DNA of 64,000 nucleotides from Gammaproteobacteria bacterium (GCA_965222155.1 CBDCTH010000012.1:672001-736000), one strand, 5' to 3'; shown: positions 1 through 11,449, numbered from the stretch's first letter. Numbers and translations: made by a program. Notes: generated from the letters alone by a model not told the origin.

Positions 1-109
1 CGAATAATAATCCGCAACGTTGCCGGTGATGAAACCATCAAAGCCGTTGATGGTTGACGGTGAATTAATATACTTTGCTCCATCTTCTCATTTATAACCG
101 GGAGTAATA

Positions 110-529
110 ATGGATATACCGTCGATAGCTGTTATTTTGGGTGCCATTTCAAAGGCCATTGAAATCACCAACCGTATCAATAGCAGTGACAATCCAATGG
201 GAAAGGCTGAAGTGAAACTCCAATTTGCGAATTTAATCAGTGAGCTTGCTGATGCAAAAGTGGAGATAACCAACATCCAACAACAATTACTAGAAAAGGA
301 TGAACAGATCCGTAACCTTAATGAGCAAATTGCTGTTAAGGGGAAGCTCCAATATGAACCACCTTATTACTGGCTTGTTGAGGACGAAAATAAAGACGGT
401 CCTTTTTGTCAGTCTTGTTACGATAAGGATAACAAGTTTATCAGACTCTATGATACGCAAGACAATAAGGGTGTCTGGAATTGTAAAGTTTGCAAGAATA
501 CCTACATTAGCAGCACATTTAATACCTAG
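110..529 (+). CDS. Hypothetical protein, coiled-coil plus C-terminal CxxC...CxxC zinc-ribbon-like motif
   Basis: 139-aa ORF with GGAG RBS; CQSC and CKVC motifs; AT-rich relative to neighbours. Confidence 0.7.
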   Translation: MDIPSIAVILGAISKAIEITNRINSSDNPMGKAEVKLQFANLISELADAKVEITNIQQQLLEKDEQIRNLNEQIAVKGKLQYEPPYYWLVEDENKDGPFCQSCYDKDNKFIRLYDTQDNKGVWNCKVCKNTYISSTFNT

Positions 530-634
530 AATATCCAACAAAAAATCTAATTGGAGAGCGAGCTGATCTATTCAAATTTTGGCAAGAGTTATCAAAATAA
601 TCCGTCATCGCGTCCCAACGGTGATAATTAATCC

Positions 635-1276
635 ATGGCTAATCACTTTTCAGACCTGCGCCGGGAATATCGTCACGTGGCATTGCATGAACAGGATGCA
701 ATGGATGACCCGGTAGAGCAGTTTAAAGACTGGTTCGGGCAGGCTGTCGAGTTCGGAGTACCGCTACCCAATGCCATGGCGCTGGCGACGGCAACAAAGG
801 ACGGCAAGCCCACAGCCCGGTATGTGTTGTTAAAGGAGATAAGTGAGCGGGGATTTTCCTTTTATACCCATTCCGTCAGCGTTAAAGGCAAGCAGATTGC
901 GGAAAACCCGGACGTTGCCCTGGTATTTTACTGGTCACAAATGCACCGGCAGGTACGGGTGGAAGGCAAGGCCTGCCTGCTGACTAACGCGGAGGCAGAT
1001 GCCTACTTCAATACCCGGCCCTATGACAGCCGTCTTGCCGTATGGGTCGCGGATCAAAGTAGACCGGTTGATAGTCGGGAATTTCTTGAAACCAAGATGA
1101 CCGAGATTGCAGAACGGTACCCGGGCGATTTCGTGCCCAGGCCTGATACCTGGGTCGGGTATACGGTTACGCCTGAGTGTATGGAATTCTGGCAGGGCAG
1201 GGAAAGCCGATTACATGACCGGCTGCTCTATACCAGGGAGGACGACGGCTGGAAACTGGTCAGGCTGGCACCCTGA
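635..1276 (+). CDS. pdxH: Pyridoxine/pyridoxamine 5'-phosphate oxidase
   Basis: Motifs LRREY, AMALAT, RYVLLK, RQVRVEG, EFWQGRESRLHDR, RLAP. Confidence 0.95.
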   Translation: MANHFSDLRREYRHVALHEQDAMDDPVEQFKDWFGQAVEFGVPLPNAMALATATKDGKPTARYVLLKEISERGFSFYTHSVSVKGKQIAENPDVALVFYWSQMHRQVRVEGKACLLTNAEADAYFNTRPYDSRLAVWVADQSRPVDSREFLETKMTEIAERYPGDFVPRPDTWVGYTVTPECMEFWQGRESRLHDRLLYTREDDGWKLVRLAP

Positions 1277-1304
1277 TCCGCAGCACTCGCAAAGTTGCAT
1301 AAAT

Positions 1305-1466
1305 CTGTTTCGGGTCTCTCTCCCAGCGTATGGGAAGGGCGGTGAACCTGCAAAGTCAGGACCGCTTAAAAGGGGTTCCTCGCCCGCAGCCCAAACAGGC
1401 AGATTGATCATACCATGGGCATCGCCGCGGATATACGCTTCTTACAATGTCTATCCTACATTGACC
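1305..1466 (+). ncRNA. Orphan structured RNA resembling an IS110/IS1111-family non-coding end (bridge/seekRNA-like), no transposase
   Basis: Nested stems: CTGTTT(C)GGG/CCCAAACAG, TCCCA/TGGGA, GGGCGGTGAACC/GGTTCCTCGCCC, CCTG/CAGG; followed by GGATATACG...TTGAC as in IS1111-type right ends (family assignment from recall). Confidence 0.4.
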
Positions 1467-1597
1467 TAAGGAACCTCTGATTAAGTCAGAGGTTTGCGTA
1501 TTTCACTGAATCCTGCCACCCGTTTCACGTGAAGGCTGCCACCCGGAACGCAGCAAAGCTGCCACCCCCAGGCGCGTGATGACGTGGGTGTTGGTCA

Positions 1598-2356
1598 TTA
1601 TGACTCTGTTGGGGTCATCGTCGTCAATGTTTTTTTCTGTTTTCGCATGGATTCACCCTTGAGTTGTATTTTGTAAGCATTATGCACCAGGCGGTCAAGG
1701 ATGGCATCGGCGAGGGTGGGGTCGCCGATGCTGTGATGCCATTTTTCGGCCGGTAATTGACTGGTAGCGAGGGTGGAGCGTGCGCCGTGGCGGTCTTCCA
1801 GGATTTCCAGCAGGTCACGGCGCTGCTCTGCGTTCAATTTGACCAGGCCCCAGTCATCGAGGATGAGGGCCTGGGTTTTTGCCAGGGTGGTGAGGAGCTT
1901 GGGATAGCGTCCATCGCCCTTGGCGATGGACAGGTCCTGGAGGAGTCTGGGCAGGCGCAGGTAGAGGGCGGTGTAGCCGTGCCGGCAGGCGTTGTGTGCC
2001 AGGGCACAGGCGAGCCAGGTTTTGCCGACGCCGGTGGGGCCGGTGATGAGGATATTGAGGTGTTCGCGGACCCACTGGCAGGTGGCCAGTGATTGCATCA
2101 GGGATTTATCCAGTCCGCGCGGGTGGCGATAGTCGATATCCTCCAGGGTGGCATTGTGTTTGAGGCGGGCGCATCGCAGCCGGTTGGACAGGCGTCGGTT
2201 GTCCCGTTCGGTTATCTCCCGGTCGACGAGCAGGCCGAGGCGTTCCTCGAAGCTGAGGGTATCGATATCGGGCACGGACATCTGCTCGGTGAGGGCGGCA
2301 GCCATACCGGTGCATTTCAAGGTCTGGAGTTTGTCCAGGGTGGGATGTATCAACAT
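1598..2356 (-). CDS. istB: IS21 helper ATPase IstB
   Basis: Walker A GPTGVGKT, LILDDWG, ADAILDRLVHNA, GESMRK; ATG at 2356 preceded by AGGAG. Confidence 0.95.
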   Translation of the reverse strand: MLIHPTLDKLQTLKCTGMAAALTEQMSVPDIDTLSFEERLGLLVDREITERDNRRLSNRLRCARLKHNATLEDIDYRHPRGLDKSLMQSLATCQWVREHLNILITGPTGVGKTWLACALAHNACRHGYTALYLRLPRLLQDLSIAKGDGRYPKLLTTLAKTQALILDDWGLVKLNAEQRRDLLEILEDRHGARSTLATSQLPAEKWHHSIGDPTLADAILDRLVHNAYKIQLKGESMRKQKKTLTTMTPTES

Positions 2357-2375
2357 AGCAGTCTCCTGTCGTGGG

Positions 2376-3917
2376 TCAGTGGTAGTAGGATGGGCCACGG
2401 ATATTGTCGTGGTCATCAGGTAAGGCCGCCTCGGTCTGCTCGGCGAGGGGTTGCCGGTCCAGGCCGTGGCGGAGGATGGATTCGATACTTTTGTAACTGT
2501 GGCTGCCCAGGGTGAGGGCGCGTTGGCAGGCGGCCTCCAGCCGGTCGTCGCCGTAGGTTTTAGCCAGGCGCAGGATCCCTAAGCAACTGCGGTAGGCCTG
2601 CTGGGGGTGCTTGCGGGCAGACAGGACACGGAGGATAAGGGTTTCTGTGGCCGGCCCGACCTGCGCGGCCCAGCGGCCCAGGCGTTGCGGGGACCACTCG
2701 CCGGCCTGGCGGTGCGCCTCGGGCATGTGGGCCGGGACGGTGGTATGACGTGCCTTATGATACGAGCGTCGATGGCTGGCGATGCGCTGGCCGCGATGAA
2801 AGCATTCAATGGTGTTGGCGGTGATGCGCACGTCCAGTTGTTTTTTGATGAGCGCGTGGGGCACGGAGTAGTAATGGCCATGGACCTCGATGTGATAGTC
2901 GATATGGACCCGCGCCTGCTTCCACTCGGCGTATTCGTACGCTTCGACGGGCAGGGGGCGCAGGGCCGGTTTATCCAGTTGCTCAAACAGCGCGCGCCGG
3001 GTGCCCGGCAGTTTCTTGAAGGGCCGGTTGTTGAGCGTCTCCAGCAACGCCCGGATGGCGCGGTTCAACTCTGCCAGGGAGAAGCACTGACGCTGGCGCA
3101 GGGCGGCGAGGATCCAGCGCTCTACCACCTGTACCGCGACCTCGGCTTTCGCTTTGTCACGGGGACGACGCACCCGTGCCGGGACAATGGCGACCCCGTA
3201 ATGGGTGGCCAGGTCCTGGTAGGTGGGGTTGATGTCCGGCTCATAGCGATGCGCACGGCTCACCCCGGCGCGTAAATTATCCGGCACCACCACCTCCGGC
3301 ACACCGCCCAGGTAGGTAAAACAGCGCACGTGGGCGCCGATCCAATCTTCCAGGCCCTGGCTCCAGGTGGCCTCGGCATAGGTGTAGTTCGACGCGCCCA
3401 GCGCTGCCACAAACACCTCTGCCTCACGGACTTCCCCGGTTGCCGGGTTGATGACCTGAGCACGCATACCGGCATAATCCACGAACAGCTTCTCACCGGC
3501 CCGGTGCTCCTGGCGCATGACCAGATCCAGCTTGCCACGCCACGTCCGATAATGCTGGCAGAACCAGGTGTACTGATAGCCTTGCGGGTGAGTCTGGCGA
3601 TACTCATGCCATAACAACTGCAAGGTGACGCCCGGGCGTTTCAACTCCCGATGAATGTGTGACCAATCGGGCACGCCGCGGGCCGCGGCGGGTACAGCTG
3701 GGGCGGGCGGAAACAGCAGACGCTCCAGCGCCCCGTCATCCAGCGCCGCAGGCAGCGGCCAACCCAGCCCGGCCGCCTCGGCCCGGCGCAGGTACTCATC
3801 CACCGCCGGACGGGAAATGCCACAACTCCTGGCTGTCTGGCGTTTGCTCAGGCCCTGGCTCCAGCACAGGCGTAATACGTCTTTTATCTTTCTCATGGAC
3901 AACCTCTTTGCAGGCAT
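2376..3917 (-). CDS. istA: IS21 DDE transposase IstA
   Basis: N-terminal HTH, AGEKLFVDYAG, VPDNLR, PRDKAKAE, HDNIRGPSYYH. Confidence 0.95.
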   Translation of the reverse strand: MPAKRLSMRKIKDVLRLCWSQGLSKRQTARSCGISRPAVDEYLRRAEAAGLGWPLPAALDDGALERLLFPPAPAVPAAARGVPDWSHIHRELKRPGVTLQLLWHEYRQTHPQGYQYTWFCQHYRTWRGKLDLVMRQEHRAGEKLFVDYAGMRAQVINPATGEVREAEVFVAALGASNYTYAEATWSQGLEDWIGAHVRCFTYLGGVPEVVVPDNLRAGVSRAHRYEPDINPTYQDLATHYGVAIVPARVRRPRDKAKAEVAVQVVERWILAALRQRQCFSLAELNRAIRALLETLNNRPFKKLPGTRRALFEQLDKPALRPLPVEAYEYAEWKQARVHIDYHIEVHGHYYSVPHALIKKQLDVRITANTIECFHRGQRIASHRRSYHKARHTTVPAHMPEAHRQAGEWSPQRLGRWAAQVGPATETLILRVLSARKHPQQAYRSCLGILRLAKTYGDDRLEAACQRALTLGSHSYKSIESILRHGLDRQPLAEQTEAALPDDHDNIRGPSYYH

Positions 3918-4169
3918 CTGTGTTTCCTCCTTTCAGTAGAAATAAGGACACAGGATACCCTTGGTTATCCACGTCAAACGCGCCGACTATCTACCTCCTT
4001 GGGGGTGGCAGCTTTGCCGTGTAATGGGTGGCAGCTTTGCTGTGAAATACGCACACATAAACTGAAAGGAAACAAATAGTTAGGCAGGTCCGACCCTATA
4101 TTATCCTATCCATCCCCCGTAATCCGGCCCACGCAGCTTGACGGATTTCCGTACTTACCCGTCTGTTAG

Positions 4170-4509
4170 CCCGGATTTCTCACCAGTTGATGCGATGATC
4201 GCGCCGGATTTTGTGCGCCAGCGGGCGCCTGCGACCGAAAGCATAGCCGTAGCTCTGGTTGAGGGACAAATCGTCAGTCCTGACGATTTGCACGGCGACA
4301 GCCGCCCGCAGGGTTGCGCCCAGAGCCTGCCCCTGTATGGAGTTGAGCAGGGGGATGGGCGCAATGAACACGTGCCCGCTGGCGCACAAAAGACAAGCGA
4401 GGGCGCATCAAGCGCAGTCTGCTATAGCGATATAGTGAGCAGATTATCATAACGTATTGACAGCAAACAACTATCCGATGACGACAAGCGAACTGGTGAG
4501 AAATCCGGG
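4170..4509. mobile_element. MITE copy 1 (~340 bp, non-autonomous)
   Basis: TIR CCCGGATTTCTCACCAGTT/AACTGGTGAGAAATCCGGG; TTAG direct repeats at 4166-4169 and 4510-4513; second copy at 23179-23513. Confidence 0.85.
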
Positions 4510-4598
4510 TTAGGCACTCAAGCCGTCCCGCGAAACCTTGGCGCCACTAATATAATAATCAGTAAGAGAATTAAATGGAAAGGTACAACAGAAGTATT

Positions 4599-4924
4599 TG
4601 GTGGGCCCGGTAGGACTTGAACCTACGACCAATGGATTCACTTTACCCTTTTATTTCTAAAAGGAGCGGACTATCTCACTACCCTCAACCGAATGCTAGG
4701 GTACGGGACGCTCAAGCCTGTTATTAAGAACACTCCAGTTCCCAGGTAGTCTCTGCACCTTCCGAGGGTGTACCCCCGGCTTGGCTCAGGGTTGCCAGTC
4801 CTTCCGCCTTGGCAGGCAGGTGGATTAAGGTTTCCCTGAATTCATCCCGTTCATTTCATATTTTTCAATATGAACGCACCATTTTCGATGAGTCCACTGC
4901 TCTAACCAGCTGAGCTACAGGCCC
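4599..4924 (-). tRNA. tRNA-Ile2 (anticodon CAU), exons 4924-4888 and 4638-4599, split by a group I intron
   Basis: Spliced 77-nt sequence GGGCCUGUAGCUCAGCUGGUUAGAGCAGUGGACUCAU|AAUCCAUUGGUCGUAGGUUCAAGUCCUACCGGGCCCACCA folds as a cloverleaf with CUCAUAA loop and CCA end; ileX-like sequence and position downstream of rpoD. Confidence 0.92.
4639..4887 (-). ncRNA. Group I self-splicing intron (249 nt, no ORF) in tRNA anticodon loop
   Basis: Follows U, ends in G; P1 CAUCG-AAAA-UGGUG with U.G wobble; P2 and P9 GAAA tetraloop hairpins; P4/P5 UUCAGGGAAACC...GGCAACCCUGAG; P7 GACUA/UAGUC; P3 ACGGGAUG/CGUCCCGU. Confidence 0.92.
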
Positions 4925-4965
4925 AAATAATAATAATAAGAATCACATATAATACGACAGCTTTC

Positions 4966-4990
4966 AAAAAGCAACCCTGGCAGGTTGCTC
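4966..4990 (-). terminator. Probable intrinsic terminator after rpoD
   Basis: Minus strand AGCAACC-tgccag-GGTTGCT followed by a T run. Confidence 0.55.
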
Positions 4991-5007
4991 TGCTCTAATC
5001 CGTTATG

Positions 5008-6849
<1,842 letters not shown>

Positions 6850-6958
6850 GGGCGTCTGAATCCGATTGTCTAGTAGTTGGTCTGCTTGTTAACGATATAT
6901 GGCAAAAAATAATTCTCTATTATAGCACATTATTTAATCAGATCATCGATTAACAGTT

Positions 6959-8716
6959 CTATTTTTTATTCCCACTTTCTTTTGAGTAGCGCCTGCGCAG
7001 TTGCGATTTAGCCTCTTCAGTCAACTCGCTGGGGCTGGATTGGGTGATCTTTTCAATGGATTGTCTGGTTTTAATCAGGTTCAGCTTTTCCACCATATCA
7101 ATGAATTCAAGTTCCGGGTCAAAGTGTTCATCCCTCGGCAATCCGAAACCTGATGCAAGTTCATTCAGTCGTTGCCCGTAGCGCGAACCCCGCCAGTGCT
7201 CGATAATGCCCGCGCAGGTTATTTCGGGATTTGAGTGGACCAATGTAACAAGCTCCGTCAAAAACTCGACGCCCGGAACAGTAATGCCGGACAGTTCAGC
7301 GGGGTCTTCCACAAGCATGGCCAGTTCGGGCTTGTTCAAAATATACGATACGATAGCGCTGATGTCGGCTGTTCTTTCCCGTTTCTGCCGGGACCGGGGA
7401 AGGCCGGGACGACGCTGCGTGGCGCCGGAGCGGTGTTCCTGTAACAGCTTGTGGACTCCTTCGGAATCGATTTGCGCGATACCGGCAACTTCCTGCGTTA
7501 ACAGTACGCGCAGTCCGCTGTCGGGCATTTTGGCCAGGTAAGGCACTATCAGGTCCAGAAAATTTGCCCTGCCTTCACGGGTGGTGGTGCCGGTCCTGGA
7601 TTTTATAGAATCCAGCAGGAAATCGGAGAGAGGAACGATATTTTTATCGGATCGGAATTGTTCCGCACCATATTCCCTGATAAAACTGTCGGGATCATCC
7701 CCTTCGGGCATGAAGTTGAACAACGCCTGTCTTCCCTCACGGAGTTGGGGAACCGTAATTTCCAAAGCCCGCCATGCCGCCTTTTTGCCTGCTTCATCAC
7801 CATCGAAACAAAATATGAGCTGGTCGGCAACCCGGTACAGTTTTTCCAGGTGGTTTTCCGTCGCAGCAGTGCCCATGGTGGCGACTGCGTTGACAACACC
7901 GTTTTGGGCCAGCGCGATCACATCCATATAACCTTCAACAATATAAAGCCTCTCAGGCTGTTTGTTCTTCTGGCGGGCGTGGTAGAGGCCATACAGCTCG
8001 CGACCTTTGTGGAACAGGGGTGTTTCCGGCGTATTCATGTATTTCGGGATATCCTCACCCAGCACCCGGCCACCGAAACCGATGATGCGTCCGCGTTGGT
8101 CGCGTATTGGAAACATGATGCGGTCGCGGAAACGATCGTAAAATCCTTCAGTATCGCGGCGTACTATCATTCCCGCTTCGACCAGGCGGGTTTTAGCTGC
8201 CGCTGACTTGCCCAAAGCGTTTCCCAGGTTTTTCCAGCCCGGCGGGGCGTAACCGATCTCATAATCCTTGATGACCGCGCCGCTGATGCCTCGTTTTTTC
8301 AGGTAATCGATCGCCCTGCCGTCGTTCTCGTGCAGTTGGCACTGGTAGAATTTTGCGGCTTGTTCCAGCAGCTCATATAATTCGTCATGCTGGTTTGAAG
8401 CCGGCTGATAACCCGCTTCGCGCGGGATTTCCAGTCCATACCGTCCGGCCAGGTCTTCTAAGGCCTCAACGAAACCCAGGCCATTGTATTCCATAATAAA
8501 GGTAATTACCGTGCCGCCGGCGCCACAGCCAAAGCAGTGGTAGAACTGCTTGTTCTGACTCACCGTAAAGGAAGGCGTTTTCTCCTCATGAAACGGACAC
8601 AGGGCCTGGTGATCCTTACCGGCTTTGCGCAAGGGGACGCAGCTGTCAATGACCTCGACGATATCGGCCCGCGCCAGCAAGTCATCAATGAAACCTTGAG
8701 GTATTCTACCCGCCAT
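6959..8716 (-). CDS. dnaG: DNA primase
   Basis: CPFHEEKTPSF zinc finger, FGGRV, EGYMDV, FDGDEAG, DPDS TOPRIM motifs. Confidence 0.97.
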   Translation of the reverse strand: MAGRIPQGFIDDLLARADIVEVIDSCVPLRKAGKDHQALCPFHEEKTPSFTVSQNKQFYHCFGCGAGGTVITFIMEYNGLGFVEALEDLAGRYGLEIPREAGYQPASNQHDELYELLEQAAKFYQCQLHENDGRAIDYLKKRGISGAVIKDYEIGYAPPGWKNLGNALGKSAAAKTRLVEAGMIVRRDTEGFYDRFRDRIMFPIRDQRGRIIGFGGRVLGEDIPKYMNTPETPLFHKGRELYGLYHARQKNKQPERLYIVEGYMDVIALAQNGVVNAVATMGTAATENHLEKLYRVADQLIFCFDGDEAGKKAAWRALEITVPQLREGRQALFNFMPEGDDPDSFIREYGAEQFRSDKNIVPLSDFLLDSIKSRTGTTTREGRANFLDLIVPYLAKMPDSGLRVLLTQEVAGIAQIDSEGVHKLLQEHRSGATQRRPGLPRSRQKRERTADISAIVSYILNKPELAMLVEDPAELSGITVPGVEFLTELVTLVHSNPEITCAGIIEHWRGSRYGQRLNELASGFGLPRDEHFDPELEFIDMVEKLNLIKTRQSIEKITQSSPSELTEEAKSQLRRRYSKESGNKK

Positions 8717-8814
8717 TAGTCCTGCCTGCTGAGTGTTAGCTAAGCGAATAGGGATATTATAGCCGGGTTAACACCCTGCATACCGGTGGCTTTGAATAGA
8801 CCCTGACGTTTATA

Positions 8815-9264
8815 CTACGGAGTCAGCCGGGCTTTTACCAGTGTGCTGACTTTGCCCATATCCGCACGCCCCTGCAACGCGGATTTTAATTGTCCCATGA
8901 CTTTTCCCATGTCTTTCATTGATGCGGCGCCTGTCGCGGCTATCACTTCGTCAACTCTGGCATTGATTTCTGCAGCATCCAGCGGCTGGGGCAGGTAGCT
9001 GAGGATGATATCAAGCTCAAACTGCTCTTTTTCGACCAGGTCCTGACGATCCGCCATAGAGTATTGTTGAATGGAATCACGCTGCTGTTTTGCCATTTTA
9101 TCCAGGACAGCCATGACCTGGACGTCATCAAGTTCGATACGTTCATCCACCTCTCGTTGTTTAATGGAGGCAGTGATAAGCCGTAAAGCAGCAAGGCGGT
9201 CTTTTTCCTTACTGCGCATGGCAGCTTTAACATCTTCGTTGATTTGGTGTTTGAGATCACCCAT
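8815..9264 (-). CDS. GatB/YqeY domain protein
   Basis: MRSKEKDRL, MKDMGKVM, GRADM motifs; between rpsU and dnaG. Confidence 0.9.
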   Translation of the reverse strand: MGDLKHQINEDVKAAMRSKEKDRLAALRLITASIKQREVDERIELDDVQVMAVLDKMAKQQRDSIQQYSMADRQDLVEKEQFELDIILSYLPQPLDAAEINARVDEVIAATGAASMKDMGKVMGQLKSALQGRADMGKVSTLVKARLTP

Positions 9265-9289
9265 GAAATGCACTGGCCAGGAGGTGCGT

Positions 9290-9505
9290 TCAGTACTGCC
9301 TGATTTGTCGAGGGCCGGTTTTTACCTGGCGCTTCTGGTGGCGTTTTACTGCGGCGGCAGCTTTTCGTTTTCTCATTTGTGTGGGTTTTTCGTAAAATTC
9401 GCGCCGGTGGACTTCAGCCAGTACGCCGGCTTTCTCGCAGGCTCGCTTAAAACGTCGCAATGCGAAATCGAACGGTTCATTATCTCTTACTTTTACACTG
9501 GGCAT
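9290..9505 (-). CDS. rpsU: 30S ribosomal protein S21
   Basis: ALRRFKR...EFYEKPT. Confidence 0.97.
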   Translation of the reverse strand: MPSVKVRDNEPFDFALRRFKRACEKAGVLAEVHRREFYEKPTQMRKRKAAAAVKRHQKRQVKTGPRQIRQY

Positions 9506-9679
9506 AGAGTATGTGATTCCTGTCTAATTTATTCAAAAGAATCAACAATTCTAGTAGGAATCACGCCAAATGCAAGAAGAAAAAGATAAAAGGCTCGGTA
9601 GAATTTCTATAGTCGTTCGGCTCGCAAATGTCCGGCTGATGATTACTACTGTACAATATAGATAATTCGGAGACATAGA

Positions 9680-10684
9680 ATGCGCATCCTGGGAATAGAA
9701 ACTTCATGCGATGAAACCGGAATCGCCATCTACGATTCGGAAGAAGGCCTGCTGTCGAATCAACTTCACAGCCAGGTCCGTCTGCACGATACCTATGGCG
9801 GCGTGGTGCCGGAGTTGGCGTCGCGCGACCATGTCCGGCGCATCGCGCCGTTGCTGGCGGCAGCCATGCAGGAGGCCGATTTGGAACCGGGCGCTATCGA
9901 CGGTATTGCCTATACGGCCGGCCCGGGGTTGATCGGGGCATTGCTCGTCGGCGCCAGTGTCGGCAGAAGCCTGGCCTACTCGTGGGGCGTGCCCGCTGTC
10001 GGCGTGCACCACATGGAGGCACATCTGATGGCGGTGATGCTGGAACATGAGCGTCCCGACTACCCGTTTCTTGCCTTGCTTGTTTCAGGGGGGCATACCC
10101 AATTGCTGGAAGTAAGATCGGTCGGTGATTACACGATGCTGGGAGAATCATTGGATGACGCGGCGGGTGAGGCTTTCGATAAAACCGCAAAATTGCTGGG
10201 ACTGGGTTACCCCGGCGGTCCGCAGTTATCGGCCCTGGCGGAGAACGGGCGTAGCGACCGGTACAGGTTCCCGCGGCCCATGACCGATAAGCCGGGGCTG
10301 GATTTCAGTTTCAGCGGACTGAAGACTGCCGTGGCGCTGGTGGTTAAGGAACTTGACGACAAGGATGAACAGGTGCGCGCCGACATCGCCCGCGCTTTCG
10401 TAGAAGCGGTGGTTGATTCCCTGGCCATAAAATGTGAGCGAGCCATAAAACAGACCGGTATCACCAGGCTGGTGGCGGCCGGCGGGGTCAGCGCCAACAA
10501 ACAGCTACGGCAGAAACTGAAACGATTGGCGTATGAGACGGGCGGTCAAATTTTCTATCCAAGGCCGGAATTCTGTACCGATAACGGCGCCATGATCGCC
10601 TATACGGGTTACCTCAAAATCAGCGCCGGTCAACGCGAACCCCTGAAGTTTACAGCCTATCCCCGCTGGTCGCTGGAATATTAA
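9680..10684 (+). CDS. tsaD: tRNA t6A modification protein TsaD
   Basis: [47 protein letters not shown]. Confidence 0.97.
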   Translation: MRILGIETSCDETGIAIYDSEEGLLSNQLHSQVRLHDTYGGVVPELASRDHVRRIAPLLAAAMQEADLEPGAIDGIAYTAGPGLIGALLVGASVGRSLAYSWGVPAVGVHHMEAHLMAVMLEHERPDYPFLALLVSGGHTQLLEVRSVGDYTMLGESLDDAAGEAFDKTAKLLGLGYPGGPQLSALAENGRSDRYRFPRPMTDKPGLDFSFSGLKTAVALVVKELDDKDEQVRADIARAFVEAVVDSLAIKCERAIKQTGITRLVAAGGVSANKQLRQKLKRLAYETGGQIFYPRPEFCTDNGAMIAYTGYLKISAGQREPLKFTAYPRWSLEY

Positions 10685-11268
10685 ATATTTATCTTATTTT
10701 CCTCTCCGGCCAGGAGATTTTTAATGTTTGATCGGTGGCGCCAGATTAAAATGACGGACATCAGGCTTACACCGGCAAGTTGGAACGGGGAGGCTATGAT
10801 TAACCAGCAGTATGCGGGTGCAAGCAAGCAGGCCGTGATTGCCGCCAGGGAGGAATACCTGAACAGCAGCGCCACCAGCAGCCAGGAAATAATAAATGCC
10901 ACGCCCAGCAGCCAGTGGAAAGCCAGCAATACGCCGATTAACGTTGCCACCCCCTTGCCGCCGCGAAAACCGAAAAATATCGGGTAGATATGGCCTGTAA
11001 AAGCAGCCATGCCCGCTGCGGCGATAAATACATCCGGCGCCTGGACCAGGCGCAGCAACAGGATGGGAACGAGGCCTTTCAATACATCTCCACAAAGGGT
11101 CAGCAAGGCGGCTGTCTTACCGTGCAACCGCAATACATTGGTCGCGCCCGGGTTGCCGGAGCCCTGTTCTCTTGGGTCACCGAGGGCCAGGGCGTTGCAG
11201 ACAATGACGGCACTGGCAAGAGAACCTGCCAGATAGGCGAGAATTACCAGCCCTGTATAAATGATCAT
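10681..11268 (-). CDS. plsY: Glycerol-3-phosphate acyltransferase PlsY
   Basis: [23 protein letters not shown]. Confidence 0.95.
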   Translation of the reverse strand: MIIYTGLVILAYLAGSLASAVIVCNALALGDPREQGSGNPGATNVLRLHGKTAALLTLCGDVLKGLVPILLLRLVQAPDVFIAAAGMAAFTGHIYPIFFGFRGGKGVATLIGVLLAFHWLLGVAFIISWLLVALLFRYSSLAAITACLLAPAYCWLIIASPFQLAGVSLMSVILIWRHRSNIKNLLAGEENKINI

Positions 11269-11320
11269 AATCTTATTGGAATGGCAAATCTCCGGCCAGT
11301 CAAGTTGTTTGTAATGTGCA

Positions 11321-11407
11321 GATATTTGGGGTCAGAGTAAAAATACAGTTTGGCTGGTAGGGAGCGCTGATTTTTTATTATTTATTTTTACTCTGACCCC
11401 AAATATC
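11321..11407. repeat. Family A inverted-repeat doublet (REPIN-like), copy 1
   Basis: 26-bp arms GATATTTGGGGTCAGAGTAAAAATAC inverted around a 35-bp spacer. Confidence 0.9.
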
Positions 11408-11449
11408 TGATAGCTTATACCAACAGAAAAGCCATGTAACCCGAGTGCT

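Larger units (their letters stand above)
1495..4053 (-). mobile_element. IS21-family insertion sequence (istA-istB)
   Basis: Terminal IRs TGCGTATTTCAC (1495) / GTGAAATACGCA (ends 4053); subterminal CTGCCACCC repeats at both ends; istA and istB ORFs. Confidence 0.95.

Noticed and set aside
530-600. Integron attC site after the AT-rich ORF (ATCCAAC fits RYYYAAC)
   Set aside because: No convincing complementary GTTRRRY end or L boxes
1305-1400. SRP RNA or 6S RNA
   Set aside because: Lacks the SRP CAGG-TCC-GGAA-GGA-AGCA domain IV motif and the 6S long irregular hairpin
4138-4452. ORFs inside the MITEs (also 23074-23454) and the many antisense ORFs in the track
   Set aside because: Not conserved between MITE copies; antisense ORFs shadow well-supported genes
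4054-4598. Prophage or integrative island att duplication of the tRNA 3' end
   Set aside because: No duplicate of the tRNA 3' sequence and no integrase seen in the window
4599-4924. tRNA-Met assignment from the CAU anticodon
   Set aside because: GGGCC acceptor stem with a paired first position, sequence and rpoD-linked position fit lysidine-modified tRNA-Ile2 better; no initiator GGG/CCC anticodon stem
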